Both the position numbers and the translations under genes were made by a program. The notes beneath the pieces are model-generated. The model was given only the letters and a program-made list of their open reading frames with translations, did not search any database and was not told where the DNA came from. DNA of 62,305 bases, filler included, from Basidiobolus ranarum (lineage: Eukaryota), in NCBI GenBank assembly GCA_040143965.1. It is 8 parts of 8 records of this genome, joined end to end, with 100 filler letters (N's around TTAATTAATTAA, not from the genome) between each part and the next. Parts side by side here need not be neighbours in the genome. Positions count along the whole stretch, not along the records: positions 54,628 to 62,305 come from JASJQH010001082.1; 7 more parts are not named here. One strand, 5' to 3'. Positions 61,964 to 62,305 of the stretch are shown here, one piece after another (the first letter of the stretch is position 1; each line of letters starts with the position of its first letter).

Positions 61964-62305
61964 ATGGTTTTCGAAAAAAAGAAAAACCTGCACGAAAGCA
62001 GCTCCCAAATCCTATCCGCGAGCCATGAGCAATTTGACCACATTGAGAATTATGACCCTACTCTCAACTGGACTGCAGAGGAGGAGAAGGCATTAGTTCG
62101 CAGAGTTGACATTCGTATAATGAGCTGGATTGGTCTCATGTTCTTCTTCCTTCAGTTGGACCGCGGTAATGTTTCGAACGCATTAACTGACAATTTTGCC
62201 GAGGATCTTGGTATGACAATTGATCAAATCAATCTTGGCACTATTGTCTTTGTACTTTCCTTTGTTAGTCTGGAGATCCCTTCAAATATGATTATTCGTC
62301 GAGTT
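61964..62305 (+). CDS. MFS transporter, anion:cation symporter (allantoate permease-like) family, N-terminal part
   Basis: WTAEEEKALVRRVDIRIM..LQLDRGNVSNALTDNFAEDLG..EIPSNMII; open to the window end. Confidence 0.88.
   Translation, partial: MVFEKKKNLHESSSQILSASHEQFDHIENYDPTLNWTAEEEKALVRRVDIRIMSWIGLMFFFLQLDRGNVSNALTDNFAEDLGMTIDQINLGTIVFVLSFVSLEIPSNMIIRRV

Overview
Eukaryotic, intron-containing DNA of fungal type. The gene content suggests an early-diverging (zygomycete-grade) fungus, but that is inference. The window is not one locus: it is eight contigs of about 7.7 kb in strictly descending length, joined by an artificial 100-nt linker (44N-TTAATTAATTAA-44N), so no synteny can be read across linkers. 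Contigs 1, 4 and 5 are CpG-poor graveyards of Ty1/copia, Ty3/gypsy and CACTA-like elements. Contig 2 has two tandem F-box/LRR-like paralogs. Contig 3 has a truncated SPF1-like P5A ATPase, ALG1, a UBL-WLM (Wss1-like) protease and a partial PMT. Contig 7 has a divergent dephospho-CoA kinase-like gene, a NIPA-type Mg2+ transporter and a partial 7TM/GPCR-like gene. Contig 8 has a GST-like gene and a partial MFS transporter. The standout is contig 6 (39052-46743): a divergently arranged array of seven small secreted, Kex2-type precursor genes. They encode 11 identical copies of the 14-mer DLHDLCGRWFCGHT, two variant cores, one degenerate core and a separate remnant. The genes share a TATA element, a strongly enriched TTCnnnGAA palindrome upstream, and a conserved 3' element. 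This is a candidate undescribed peptide-signal or bioactive-peptide system.
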